From contig OZ037767.1 in assembly GCA_964035545.1 (NCBI GenBank), positions 3,860,707 to 3,924,706 on the forward strand: DNA of 64,000 nucleotides, read 5' to 3'. The translations under genes were made by a program, and so were the position numbers. The DNA is from Bugula neritina. Taxonomy: Eukaryota > Animalia > Bryozoa. Each line of letters begins with the position of its first letter. The stretch's first letter is position 1. The notes beneath the pieces are model-generated. The model had not been told where the DNA came from, searched no databases, and worked only from the letters and a program-made list of their open reading frames with translations. Positions 12,901-27,800 of the stretch are shown piece by piece.

Positions 12901-13981
12901 TAGTTGAGCAGTGAATTCAGTCGAGGAAAGGAGGAAGGAGCAAGTTCAAACATGATATAAGGAAATACATATTTTGTACTTTTTACCAAAGTCTAACATA
13001 ATTTATTATTATAGCACTTTTATCTTGCTTAATGCTTGCTGAAAACAGGTTGAAATTTTTATTACCTGACTCAGTGCCAAAAACTCATTTTGACTCTTTT
13101 GGCTTAGAGATTTGTTAAATAAAAACTGCAATAAGAATACAGTTGTTTAACATTCCTCAGAAAACTCTGGAGTTGATCTAGCAGTAACAAGTGAAGACTC
13201 AGTAAATACTCACATATGAACAGGAAGGCCGTGTAGACCCCCGTTCTGCTGCACAGAAGTGCCTCTGAGAACACTGTCTAAATCGCTACCAGCTGACGCC
13301 TCGCTTCTGTTAGGGAAATCAACCGACAGCAAACTCATTTCATCTGGCAGACCATTACTGTTCCGTCTCACCTTGCCTTTGCGTTTTCTTATAAACAGAA
13401 ACAGGGTATGATGAGAACACAACTTCCATGAATGACTACTTATATTAATTCCAACGTTCTGTAGAAAGTAACAAGAAAACTGAACATATAAAAAAAACAT
13501 TTCAAAAGTGCTTATATTTGTAGGTAAATATTATAGAACTTTCTATAATATATTATATTTGTAGGTAAATATTATAGAGCTTTCTAAGCACCAAGAATTA
13601 AAATATGAATGAAAGGTTAACTCAAATGAATGGTCACAGTTTAAACTTTCACATATAGCAAACTTTTAGGTAATGTTGAAAATAACATATTACGTGACAT
13701 CTAGCAGCTATACAATATGTTCATCAAAAACAATAAAAATTGCAAAACTTGCTGTCTTTCTTTCAGAACAAGTTTAAACTCTAAAAACAGTTTTTGCATA
13801 TATTCACCAATTACCCAGCTCTGTTGAGGAGCTATATGATGTAAACAGGTATCTAACTATGCAGCTGATCATCTATCAATGACCATTGCCAAACATACCT
13901 ATTGTGGCGCTTCACCGTCTGCTGAAGCTCTTTTGATGATTCGTGGAGGGCCAATGTCAAATCTTCAGCTAGTGCTTCCAT
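9990..13981 (-). CDS. GPATCH2: GPATCH2/GPATCH2L-family nuclear protein; no G-patch motif found; last exons uncertain
   Basis: Exons 13981-13899 (MEALAEDLTLALHESS, cf. vertebrate MEELVHDLVSALEESS), 13387-13214 (RKRKGKVRR), 12889-12714 (ESDSVTD), 12357-12108 (RRRRRAK), 11582-11461 (GEADDEQSDFFHEVGGGSTYGI, cf. GDDEQSDWFYE..GGACGI) and 11123-~10921 (LTGIF). Exons at ~10536-10413 and ~10210-9990 follow, with frame ambiguity. Confidence 0.8.
11565..11710 (-). repeat. 4 x 35-bp tandem repeat spanning a splice acceptor of the GPATCH2-like gene
   Basis: Unit gtgagcaaactggactcactaaaa(c/t)acaggaaata at 11565, 11600, 11635 and 11670; on the minus strand it reads tatttcctgtgttttag|TGAGTCCAGTTTGCTCAC. Confidence 0.95.
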
Positions 13982-14049
13982 AACATACCAAATAATTAAT
14001 TTAGACTAGCAGGGAAGACAACAATCGTGTCGACTACCTGCAAACACAT

Positions 14050-15800
14050 TACCGCATTGATTATGCATGCAAAAACGTGTAGATTGCTATTCAATTTTAT
14101 CTTTAATAATTGGATCAATATCATAATGATAATAATTAATAAATGTAATCACTTAATTTTATTCATCGATAACTGATAGTGATATGAGTGAGACTGAGAG
14201 TGACTGTGAGTGACACTGACAGTCGTACTGACAGACTTAGTTACTCAGTTGGACTTACTCTTAGAGCTAGTTACACAAAGGTAGTCACTGTCACAGACTC
14301 ACAGCCAATGTCATACCAGAGTATGATTATGATAGTCATAGTCGGACTGATAGTGATGCACACTCTGACTCTCAGTCTCAGTCGTGAGGCAGTTTTCCAA
14401 CTTATACTCACCAAACTTTTAGTTTATGCAGTAATTTCAACGGCATTATGAAGTAATTATGACTATATTTCTAAATTTGTGGTGTTGTTGACAGATTACC
14501 GAATTGATTAATGTAAAAACTCTAATGATTTAGATCACGATAACATTTGCCCTATAGCCTACAGGACATCAGAGAGTGATTAGATTAGACGTTAGTTTGC
14601 TTCATTGATTTCTTCGTGCATAGATTTTATTTCGTGGAAAGATTTCGATATCATTGTAAGAGAATCATCGCCCATCTAATAGTCGTAAACTGCCACCATC
14701 TACGATTCTTTAAAAAGTGCTAATAATGTAACCCTTATTTCAAGTCTGGTGGAAATATAATAAGAATATTTATTATGATTATCATTGAGTAGAACACGAC
14801 ACAACATAGAGTGGAAGGTTCACGGGCCATGCCTTATTTTGCCATTTCTCATTCTAGTAGCACGCCTTGTGCTTGCGTGTAGAGGAACCACTTTAGCGAC
14901 ATCGGCGGGTATTGTTGATGTTGCAGAGATTTGTTTTATTTTGAGGCTCACACGGCATTACGATTATGAGTTGATTTTCTGTAGTTCATCTTTATACGTG
15001 ATATTATTAATGATTTTGCTCGTAAATATGGATAAAATGGTTAAAATTTCAATTTGTATTTTCATTTTGATTTTGTCAAGTGTCAGTGAATGACTATGAG
15101 TGCTACTCATAGTCATAGTGATTATCATAATGATAACCATTATGATTATGATTATAAAAGACAATCATTATGACATTACATTGGCTAATTACTGATATTG
15201 ATAATATTGAAAATCATAATGATATTTATATTTTATAGTTATTCACTTTCGTCTTTCAGCAAAATAACTTTCAATTAAATTTAAAATTTAATTTTATAAT
15301 TTAAAATTGAATTATTATATTTAATTTCAAATTCAATATCAACATGAAATCAGAAATGAAATATTTAATTTTATATTAGATTAAATTTAATATTGATAAT
15401 AGTAAAATTACAAGTATTTAGTATTTACTATTACTAGTACTAGTAGTACTAGTAGTAGTAGGAATAATAGTAATGTTATAGTAATACTAACTATTAGACT
15501 TGGTGACAGTCTCATTAATCGTAATTATATTGGTAACCATGATTATAATAAATAATCATACTGATAACATAAATTTAAAATTAAATTTTATAAATGATAA
15601 GAGACTAGACTATAGCCATAAGCGACTTCAACTGCAATTTGTAGTCACGACGATAATTGATGTATTTATCACTACTTAAGTGGCTAATTATTTGATTATT
15701 TATTTTTTTATCTAACTAACTTACTGAACAGCAGGTGTAGTATAACATTGGCTATGTTATAAACTTGTATGTTTGGTTCTTTCATTTCTGTGTTCCGTTC
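14050..15800. promoter_or_regulatory. Putative bidirectional promoter / 5' UTR region between the GPATCH2-like gene (-) and FTSJ1 (+)
   Basis: Divergent ATGs at 13981 and 15838; locally CpG-richer core at ~14600-14960 flanked by low-complexity tracts. Confidence 0.5.
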
Positions 15801-15837
15801 ATTTTAAGGTCATTCCTGAGACTGGTACTGATACAGC

Positions 15838-18800
15838 ATGGGCCGTTCATCCAAAGACAAACGTGATGTCTATTATCGACTAGCAAAAGAGGAAGGGTGG
15901 CGGGCTAGAAGTGCTTTTAAACTAATGCAGATTGATGAAGAATTCAAGTTGTTACAAAAAGGTAACAAATTAGATAATTTCTGCTTATTCTAGCTATTTT
16001 TGAGGTATCAATATTTTACAATTGCATGTTGTTTTAAGTATTTCACTTTCTTGTAGTTGATTGCATTGCGCTTTTTTCTAACAAAGACCATTCAGTCTAA
16101 TGTTTACATGCTCTGACTGTTAGGTGTCTCCAAGGTGGTGGATTTGTGTGCTGCCCCTGGCAGCTGGAGCCAATATCTGGCGAGAAAGTTGAGGTAAGTT
16201 GGAGTTATATCTCTATCACTGATGATTGTTAACAATATTTATTAGTTGAAAAAAAATTCATTCATCTGTTGTATAATGCTGTAATTTGTTAAAAATAAAC
16301 CATGTTGGTGATTGAAGGATAACTATGAATTCAGCTGGAAATCATATTGATATAATTACCATAATAGTTAACATGAAATATCTACAAAATAGTCAAATTG
16401 TAATAGTAACTACAATCTAAAGGAAGACTCTATCTTATGAATTAGTAAATTTGTAAGTGACTACAAGAATTGATCCTCTATACATAAAATTAGTGTACAT
16501 TTAATAGACCCTTTTCAGTGGTCTCCAATGTCCCCCTAAAATTAAGAGTTGTGTCCTCCCAACATGCAAAAATGTTGCCTAAAATATGCTTGAACGCATT
16601 TTTGTGGTTTCCGTTGCTGGGCAATGCAGAAATGGCAACTATGATTAAGTCTCAATTATCATTTGTTGTCCTGTCTGTTATGGCCATGCAATTTATAGCT
16701 GAATTGACCTTTCAACTCTGCAGTGGTCCAGTTTCACTGCTAGTTACACGTAATTACTGACATGCCTGCTCAGCAGCTTAGCTGTGTTATAGCATGTACA
16801 CATAATTATACTTTGAAGAGTTTGTACTACATTATGTTCAAAGGACCGCCAATGCTTTACATAGTTTCATGTTATAGCCAAAACTTTTTTAAAAGAAAAA
16901 TATTACTAAGAGAAGCAAAGCTCAGTTTAAGCAAAAATTTATTTAACATATTTTATATAGTTGATTGATTTATTGCATATCACAGGCATAACAACATGTT
17001 GCGAAATTCAGTGTGAATACTGGCTATAATATAAGTAGGCATGAACAAAAATGAAAGAAAAAAAAGTCAAAACTCTGTAGGAATATTTAAAATAGAAGCT
17101 CATTTAAAGTATTTACAAGAGGCAGACATCTTTTAATTCAATATCATCTTGAAATATTTTGTCTGCCCTACATCTTTATTGCATGTTTTACAACAGGTCT
17201 AATAGTTTTATTTGAAAGTTCTAATTGATCGATATGTTATACTTGGGGTGAACTTATCCTCGATTATGCATAACATTTGGTGACCCAGGATCAGCCAAGC
17301 CAGCTGTAAAACTACAGCTAAGTTTCAATAAGACTAGCTGATGTAGATATTTAGAGCATGAGAAGTTGAGAAGCTATAACATTAAATGGTTTCACTGAAA
17401 ACCCAAGCAAAAAGTTAATAACTGAATATTTTCAACATTCTTTCACTGCTTCCTTTATCAGAATTTGCTTTATACTTTTCAACCAAAAATTCTTTCAGAA
17501 GCGGTTTTCAGATAATTCAGTTTACCTATGTTGCAATTTGATGAGTTGGGAAACTTGGGTTTTCAGGTTCAGTAGTGGCTGGCTTAGGTTGGCCTTTTAC
17601 CTATTTCATTATATAACTATGTTTTAACCTACCGCCTACATTAACTAGGACCTTGAGTCTACTGCAGCTGACAGAGATGACTACTACACATGGGTAGGTG
17701 CAGTAATGGAGAAATTGAAAAAAGCCTTTGTTCTAGATTAGAAATGTAGCAAAAGAAGTTATGTTATGTGCAACACCAAAATTTATAAAGAAATTCAAAA
17801 AACTTAGGCTATCTCAATTTCTTTACTACTGTTCCTATACTACAAGCCACAGGCATAATATTAAGAAATAACAAAACTGTAACACAAAAACCTGAATGCC
17901 AACAGCTAAAAGGCTATCAGGGGTTTATCTAGATATATTTATTTGAGCACAATTGTTGCAAGTGCAATAGATGCATTTAATCTGCTAGAAAATTAAACGA
18001 CATGTATTAATCCACATTTCATATTCGTTTGATGATACAAATTTAACCCGTCTATTTAATAATATATCGTTTATCTATAGTTTTGTGAGAATGCTTCTTG
18101 AAAATGATGGGTATTGAGGTAGGTAGTTTAGCTATTCTCATAACGTAAGTGCATAAGTATATAATTAATTGAAAATGCTAACAGCTAATCTGCTGTCTCA
18201 TTCACTAGCAGAGCTCTAAGACTGTGCTAACAGCAGATTCTGACCAAAAAGTTGAAAGGTCAACAGCTATGAATTGAACATGACAGCCAGTATAACAAAT
18301 AATTAATGAGACTTGTATCATAGTTACCACTTCAACTTGCTCAGTAACCAAAACCACAAACATGCTTTGAAGTTTATTTTTCTCAAGATTTGTCAAGAAA
18401 GAAAATTTTTAAAAATTTTCTGGAACTGCTATTATGTATGCTTAGGCCAAAATATTTATCTCAGAAAAGAAAAAACTCATGCTAGCAATAGTCCTCACAC
18501 AAACCTTAAATTTCTCCTGATTTTATGACTTTCTATATATCATATAGACTCCCCCATATACCGGGTGGGAGGAGACAACTTCAAATTATAAAAGCCCCTA
18601 GAGGGACATTTGAAAAGGGTCGGGTCTATTAACCCATGAATAGTGTTTACAGGTTTAAAATTTCTTTTCCAATTGTTTACAATAACTTCCAGCCGGTCAT
18701 TTGGCCACCACACTGTGTAACAATAGAGTTGCCCAATTCTTTCATTCCAAAGTAAAATAATCTTCATAATAACAATAACAAAAAACATTTATAAGAATTA

Positions 18801-21800
18801 GAATACATGTGTTTACAGCTGTGTTTTCATGAAGTTGCATTGAGGTGAAATCATAATATTTAACCAGCTAACCAGCTTAGATTATTCTCTTTTAGTTACT
18901 TTTATTCTATGAGGGCTAGGTTCATTCTAGACCTTCAGTAAGCAAGTCTTGATACACCCTTAAATTCTTATTCATGTTAATTGCAATCCTGTAAAGGGGA
19001 AAGGGGTATGCTGTATTTATAATATTTTAAACTTATTAATGCCAATTCATGTTGCCATTTTGTAGAGATTCTTGTTGAACTTTTTACATTCTATTAGAAT
19101 AATACTTAAGGTTTTACTCCTCTTTCTTAATTACTTTGCAGCTTTATGGTGGTGATTAGACTAATTAATTCTAATGCATCAGTGAAAAACTCATTTATAA
19201 TCTGGGAGGGCAGTTACATCATGGATTTGTTCTAATTTTTTTACCTTTTAGCCTTTTGTTGTCTCTTTTTTCCAAAACATACAAATGTTGAGAAACATGC
19301 TTGCTTTTTGTGTGAAATGAGCATTGCATTTGTGGAAATGTTTCCTTTCCTCCAGCATAAGCTCATTGGCGATGTTGACATATTACTATTAGTGTTTGCA
19401 TTATGTGCAGAGCCGCTGAGTCAGGGAGTGATGTAAAGATAGTGGCAGTGGATCTGCAAGCTATGGCTCCTATAGATGGAGTGATGCAGCTACAGGGTGA
19501 CATAACAAAGGTTAGTCACTTTATTCAGTATTTCTACTGAGTTATATAGTTCCCCCAGTTGCTGTTATCTTTGTTGTATTTTCCTCAGCCAATCTCTGTA
19601 CCTGTTACTAAAGTTTCTCATTAACCTAGGCTTTGGCTGGTTGAGTATCTCCAAGAGAATTTAATACATGTATGCTTAGATGTAAAGTGTGTAGCCAAAA
19701 TTTATTTTTATATTATAACCTATCAGTAGTAACTTCTCACCACTTGTTCATTGAATAATTCCTGTATATACAATTCTCTGTATGCTGTGTTTAGGAGTCT
19801 ACAGCCACTGAAATAGTTTCTCATTTCTCCGGAGACCAAGCTGATATTGTAGTGTGTGATGGAGCACCAGATGGTATGTGCATAGTTTCACATTTGTTTA
19901 ATATTAGTATCACTGGCTTTACATGGATCGATCTCATATTGATCTCGCCGAGAAAAACGATCGATCGGAGAATTGTGCTCAGATCGATGTGGCGTCTTTC
20001 CATGGTCTTATTGCCTTGAGATCAATCTTAGTTCGATCTCCACAAACCGACCAGCTCAGATCGATGAAGATCGATCTTTGACATTTTTCCATGGATCGAT
20101 CTTGCTGAGTGTATGTTGTTTTGTCATTCACATGTCTTCATTGAAAAGTTAAAAATATTGCTTTTAGAGCTGCTGCTTGACATTAAATAGATGTGCTTTT
20201 AAAGATTTAAAAATGTAAACTGATAATAGTTTCACATCAGTGAAGGAGTTTGTGTAATGTTAGTATATTGCTTTCTTATTTACAGATCTGCCTTGAAAAG
20301 TTACAAATTTTTCCTCTAAAGCACTGTTTTGACGTCATATGGATGTGCTTTTACAAGTTTTAGAAATGTGAACTGTGTTAGAATTTTTGTATCTTTTAAA
20401 ATTTGGTATGGATACTTGTTTGACTAAATTGCATGCAGGAGTATTTAAGTCACTCAACTAGTTGCCTAGTGAGGCTATTGGGGTGAAAGATGACTTTTAT
20501 TTTGAAGTTATACTAATGGTTAATTGCTGACTGTTGTAGTAACTGGACTACACGACATGGATGAGTACATTCAGGCCCAGTTAGTTCTTGCAGTAAGTTA
20601 TATCTCTGATCTCCATGCCGTAGGACTGCGAATTCACTTTATTTCTTTCAACATTTGATTTTAACTGAACACTAACTATAGTTATTGATGACTAGAAATT
20701 ATTTGTAGTGTATTGTTGTGTTGCTGTGACATACTGGTGAAATCATAACAGGCAGTAAAATTATAACTCTGAAATTATAAAGTCTATAATTATTCCCGAA
20801 GTTATAACTTGGGCTGTTCTAGTTTTGAAATCACCTTTAAAATATACAATGAGGAGCTGTGAATTTTTATCATCATTATCATTATGATTCTGACTAGAAA
20901 CGGTATTAAACCAAGTGTTATCTTCAACGAACTGTTTCAGATTTGATTATGTTTGCCAGACAACATGTTGTAAACTCTTAGAGTGATCTCTTCACATACT
21001 TTACTGACAGACTCATTGTATCGGTTTGTGTTAGTGTCTGGTTGAATGATTTACTTTAACTACTAGCCAACTTGGCAACAGGTTTTCAAGTTTGTTTACT
21101 CTCAAATCGTACCCTAGAAAAATGGGAAAAAATAGAAATTGTATAAGTAAGTAGTAACAATATAAATCAAAAGTCAGAGAAACATCATGAACATCACAGA
21201 ACCAAACAAATTGACATGATCTATTATAATTCTAATAAAATTTACAATATTGATGCATAGATAAACTTCTTAGCCATCACAATGCCAAAACCGATAGTCT
21301 ATTCTCACAAAGAGTGTAAATATTGGAGTCTGTGTGCTCGTATAATGCTAAAGATGCTCCTCTCTGGCTGTTTTGATCATGACACACTGACTCATGCAGT
21401 ACAGTGAATTAGCACTAGCCCTGCCAGCTAATAATAGCTTTGGTGAAAGCATTAAAGCCTGAAAGCTTTAATGATTGGCTGCCTGCCAATACATCTGGGT
21501 GGCATACCAATACACTCATCATGAAATGTTTCCCCTTCTATGATATGTTCTATTCTACAGGCTCTGAATATCACTACTCACGTTTTGAGACATGGTGGAA
21601 ACTTTGTCTGTAAGGTAAGCTGTGTGCATTCTATACTAATCCCACTGTATTGGTATTGTAAACAAGGTACATTGTTGTTGTCAACACATTTAACTGCTTT
21701 AAAGTGTAAATATTTTTATGTTTGCCTCACATATTATGTAACAGGAGCCAAACTAGCTTGTGTAATGGGACACACAGACTACAGTTGAAACTGAACTAAA

Positions 21801-24800
21801 CTGAACCCGAGAAAAAAAAAACCATAGACCGCTGCGGTCAAAAATAAGACAGTTGTGATATCGGAAACTCGAAAACTCGCTCACAGTTGAGTATCAACTG
21901 TAGTCTGAATGGGGCATTATATTCAACAGAGGGGTTTCTGGCGGTGCGTCTTTATATCACAGGAAGTTGAATCTTGTTTGTAATGTTTATTCTAAGTTTA
22001 GGTGTTTCGTGGTAAGGACATCACGCTGCTCTACTCTCAACTGAAGATATTCTTTAAGGAGGTTGTTGTAAGCAAACCGAGAAGCAGCAGGAATTCCAGT
22101 GTAGGTCAGTAGACAAACCTTTCTTGAAGTTGTCTTTCCAACTTGGTGGTGTGATTGTTTCAGATAATAATCTATTTTGTGAGGACAATGTACTATTCTA
22201 TTGTGTGCATTGACATTTCTTAAATCATTTTACACAAAGAAGTAGCTTGAAATTCTTTGTTAGATTTGTTCACTAGGTATTTGAACTGTGTTAATTAGAA
22301 ATAATTATTAATGTTTCTTGCTTTGTAAACAATTAAAATGGATTTAATTTGAAAAATATATCCTTTTCTAGCACTAAACCTCCCTTAAATCTTCTAGCTC
22401 CAATTGATTTCTGTCACACTGTGCAATAATTTTAATGTAAAAATTTTATTTTACCGACAACTGGCAAATTGTGTTCATAACTTTACAGATGATCACTGTA
22501 GCCAATAAGAATACAATTTGTTATACTGACTGGTATTGTGCTAGCTGTAACTGAGCTTAACCTATGAAATTTCTTTTCACATGCTGATTTGCATTCCAAC
22601 TAAAGTAATCAAATATTTAATCATTGCAGAAGCTTTTGTTGTCTGCCTGGAATATTCTCCCCCTGAAGGATACACTCCCAACATGTCTAACCCACTGCTT
22701 GATCATCATTATGGTATGCATCCCCCCCTTTGCTTCCTACATGCTGTAGCATATGCTGTTGTCTTTGAACCTGTATACTCCTCAATTTCATTTGATTCAA
22801 CTATATCTCAAGTCTATTAAAACTAGCAAAAGTCAAATAAAAGTGAAATGATGTAAATATTGTCATCAAAGGCTTTTACCTATGTAGGTATAGCATAGTA
22901 ATGATTTTGTTCTTATTTTAACTGTACTTGCTTTCATTTGTTTGCTCATTTTATGATTCAAGTTGTACTGCATATTTTGGTTTCATGTCACGTATAGATT
23001 TAGACTTCAACCAGCTGGAAGGAATCAACAGAGTGGTAGTACCTTTTATTGCTTGTGGTGATCTCAGTGCCTATGATTCAGACAAGACTTATGGCCTTCA
23101 GGTATTGAATATCCAATTCAATACTATATGTTAATATGATTACCTGTATCTAGATCTAAACAAGCAATATATCTAGTTAATTAGCTTTAACTCTTACATT
23201 ATCGGGTTTTCCCACCTTTTGAGTTTATTTCAGTAAATCAGCCAATTTTGTCACCCTGAGTGAATGTTGCTGTTAATCACTGTTGAAAGCTTTCTTCAAT
23301 TTGAAATTTCACCTATCTACACAAATCCTAGCCAGGAATCTATTGATGCTAAAATTAGTTTGATTTAAATAGAACCTTTTTTTTCACAGCTCCTTTTTTA
23401 GACTGTGTTAGAGGAATCACCTAATATGGCTGTTAAATGAGGTCCCCATCCAAATTCAAGGCGATAAAATCAAACTCACTTCAATTGTTCTCCTAGCTCT
23501 AGACCAGGGGTGTCCAACCTTTTCAAACCGAGGGCCACAGAAATGAAATATTTCATGGTGAGGGCCACATTGTAAGCTTCAGCTTGTGCTGGGGGCCATA
23601 GCATCAGTATTTTTCAAACTACTTTATTCCAAAACTTAATGAATCATTACACAATTAAGTCTCAATAGTTAGTGCCAGCTGCATTTTTTGTGTTATTTGT
23701 ATAAATAAGGCATTTAAAAGGTGGCTTTTCACTTTAATTCATCTGAACAGTGGCCGGTGGGGAGGGGGAGGAGTCGATACAACTCGGCCCGATCTCCTCT
23801 ACATTCATATTACATCCTAAAACAGATAGGAGAGGCCGTTTCCTTTAAATATGAAACAAAATACAAATGTTTTGCCCTTGTTGATTATCCATATCTTGAT
23901 ATTTTGAAATTGTTAAAATCAAACTACACAATGCTAGTGTAGAAGCATACAAAAACTCTTATGAGTTAATATGTCAAAGTGAAAAAAAGATGATCATTGC
24001 TCTTTCGTGTGCCAAATTTATACTTTGCAGCAACCATAAGAAATTCTTTGCATTAGTTAGCTGTTTTTATGATCTTATTTTTTTGCAGGGTTCTTTTAAG
24101 GTATTTAGGTTTTTTTGGCCAAGTCCCTAGGAGGTCTTTTCTGGAGTAGCACATTTTGGTACTCACCCAGAAGATTTAAATTTAAAATGTGTATTCTGTG
24201 TAAAAAATGACACAGAAATTGTACACTACTTCACTTTCTTGACCACTGAAGTTGCTTCTAAGAGCATAGGAAAGCTATGAAAAAGTTGTTCCTTCTTTTA
24301 CAATTTGATATCAAAATTTCAGTCTCACAACATTTATCAACATTTTCATTTTGTTGTACATATATGCAGTGAGTTTTTCTGCAATGTTTATGTTTCAAAA
24401 GTCTATAATGTTCATTATCCACAAACCTTTGTAGCCCTTCTACCATTTCCCTGGGCTGTTTCTTTTAAATATGAAACAGAATACAAATGTTTTGCCCTCT
24501 TTGATTATCCATATTTCGACATTTTAAAATTGTTAAAATCAAAATATGCAATGCTAGTGTAGAAGCGCACAAAAAATCTTCTCATGAGTCAATTTGAACT
24601 ACACACAACAGTGTTTTTACAAAAGTGGATTACAGAATAAAACATGAGTATAAATGACAGATGACACACAGTATTATAAAAAAGCATAAAAACGCAACTT
24701 TAGCTTACACTACCACCAGCCGAGGCAGCTCACCAGGTCAAGGACGATCTCTTTGCACGATCATGCAATGGAGATAAATTATTTATTGATCCGTCTACTA

Positions 24801-27800
24801 TAAAAACGTTCCTGGAGCTGGCGTTGCTCCTTACAGTAGTTTGTCTCAATTAACCCGAATTTCCCGATCCAATGTGTTGACGGGAACCAAAAGGGAAGGG
24901 AAATGTGGGGGAAGAATATAAGTTGAACTATCTGCCGACAAAAGATGTTCCTCAGTACCTGTGTGGCTTGCAGAATTTTCTATGAAATTCAAGACAGATT
25001 CAATAGTTTCAAATTGGCCAAATCTGATATCAAATTGGTTTTTGATGTTGCAGATTTTCTCATAGAATTTTCAGGGACTGAAGCAGCATCAATAGCTACA
25101 AAAAATATATTTAGAGTAGGGAAATGAGGTTGATCCTTTTTAATATCAGCTAAAAATAGTCGAAGTTTCAACTTGCAAGATTTAATTTCAGTTTACAGAT
25201 TTGTAACTACGGCCTCCTTTCCTTGCAGTTTTTTGTTCAAAGCATTCATGTGTCCAAATAAATCAGTCAAAAATGCTGTCTTGGTCATGAAATCACCTGA
25301 TGTGATGTCATCTAGATGGCTCTGAGCAGCTCCACTGTTGATGGTTCTGCCAGATTTTGTTCATTGATTGACCTTTACTACGCCACCTTACATCATTGTG
25401 TGTCAGCAGGTCACCATATTGTGCATTTTAAGTCCAGTAAAAATTCCTTGAGTTGCCTGTGGCACAGTGAGAAACTGGACTCGAAGTAGTTAGTCAGCTG
25501 CATAATCCTTGTCATAACACTTTTGAATGTTTTGTGGTAGCTTACAGCATAAAACAGCTTGGTGTATGATGCAGTGAAAAAACAGAATGTTATCTTGTTA
25601 TCCATTGACAGAACCTGACATTGCAGGAGCTCCATTAGGAGACACAGATATTATTTTATCCACAAGGATCACGTGCTCTCTCAGAAAACTGGTTATGCTG
25701 TCGTAATTGTTTTCTCCAATTGTTTTGCTTTCAAGTGGTAGAACTGTAAGTAGCTCAACAAATCCACATCCATCAAGATAGAATCTTACAAAAACTGATA
25801 GCTGAGTAATGTCCCTATTGTCTGTTGATTCATCCAAGGCCACGAAAAACCATTGCTTTTCTTTACATCAGCGATGAGCTTGTTGAAAAAATACTCACTG
25901 ATGTTCTGCACTATATTGACAACAGTTTTCCTTGATCAACTCAGGCCTTCTATAAGAGAATCTATATCTCTGTTCGTAGAAAATAGTGTTTGTGTTGCAG
26001 CCTGAATACATTCCTAAAGAATTTCCCCATGAGAGTAGGGAACCATTGACTTAGCCAAAATAGCACTTACTTTAAGACTGGCTTCTGTAGAGTGCTTTTT
26101 TTCTTTACAATTTAAATTATAAAGTGGAAATACTAATACTGGTCACATCAATATAAAAACAACATATAAAAGCTTTTAAACTCACTTGTGTACATAAATA
26201 CAAAGCTATAAAGTTCAAGTTTTGCAGGGATTGCAATAAGGCTTGCAATAACCATTTTAAACATAAAACATTACAGTTGCTATAATTGTAAGACTGGCAA
26301 ATTAAATGCAAATAAAATTAGCAATACTAATTAATTCATGTTATTTATTCACAATGTAATATGTAGAATCAATAGTGAATAATGGTCATGCTTATGGTGA
26401 TTGGGGCCTACTCACTCTTGAGACATGAAATAATAGTAGTAATGAAGAATTTGAGAAAAAAATTCTGGATTAGAGATGCAGCAAAATATCCTCATTTTCA
26501 TTTTTAGAATCGGCTTGTTATAGGATTTATCATAACTTACTATTACCAGTTAGTTTTGTTATACATTTTTGTGCACCTATGTTATTCAGTCTTATTTTTC
26601 TTTGTTTTTTTTAAGCTCTGCTTGTTGTTGCATGCCCAGCTACCACCAATAAAAACTGTTGATCAAATTCGTCCATCCAGAGAATCTGACCTTCCTAACA
26701 TTTTTTTACATGTCTCCCCTTTCATGAACTTTTACTATTAATTCTTAAATGCAGTGTATATGACTAACAATATGCAACATAAGTCTCACCTTTTTTCATT
26801 ATGTCTAATATAATGGAGGCTTTCGAATAAGTCTTTTATTTCATCTAGTATGCTGACACAGGTTTCCTGATTGGTAGACACTTGCTCATGCAATTTCACC
26901 ACTGCACTTGTCTCATTTGAACAGTAGAAGACAGTGATAGACATGGCTCATGGTTGATACAAGTTATTTATTTTAGTAAATAGTAACAGTGAACTAACTT
27001 TTTTATTTATTTAATATCGAAGAAAAATTTTTCATCTGTTTCCTTGTCACAGCGGCATCTAATTTGATGGGTCATGCACAAGTTTATGTAACATCTTAGT
27101 TACCCAAGTATTGATTTTCTCACATCATTCATGGTGTTCGTTTATGTTGAAAGTTTCTCCAGCTATACTTGCTTTGCAAGCATATATAGTTCTTTTTTAT
27201 TGGTCTTCTAATAAAACTACAATAGCTAGTGCAGCTCAATTATCCATACAATATGCCACTAGCACTATCTCTACACACCATGCAGACATGACAGCACACT
27301 GTCAGGTACAACAGAGTCGTGCTACAAAGTTTCATGTATTCTGTATAGACTGTTAATTATTCTTTGATGGTTACACATCTCACCCAGTCCATTTATATAC
27401 TGTCAGTTTTCCTTCACACCTTTCTCATGATGGGTCTGGCCTTCCTTAAATACTGAATCTAATAATGCTTCACTTGAATCATTTGCAAATAGTCCATAAA
27501 CCATGCAATGCTTACTCAGTTTTGGATGAGAGAATAGTCTCATCATCTCATAGTTTTTTTTATAACAAATCAACATGATCACAGTTTTTATTCTCAGTAA
27601 AATATCACGTTTATTTAGTAATACTTTTTAATTCAAGTGACCTAGTTTCTATAATGATTTAAAATAGCTTTGGAAGATGTCATATGCTATGCTGTATACC
27701 AAACAGCTTTTTAGTGCATCTTTCTTCTTTGATAGTTTGCAGTTGCAGATAAATGTTCCTGTTGCTGTAATAGCATCATGAATAGACTTGGCTCTTTTAC

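Noticed and set aside
17290-17592. Nested short inverted repeats (ctgaaaacccaag/cttgggttttcag; ccaagccagc/gctggcttagg)
   Set aside because: Probably an old MITE; ends and TSD cannot be defined
27270-27300. VLSCLHGV as a KDZ/CxC transposase motif
   Set aside because: Too short, followed by stops; the overlapping frame fits a nuclear-receptor zinc finger much better
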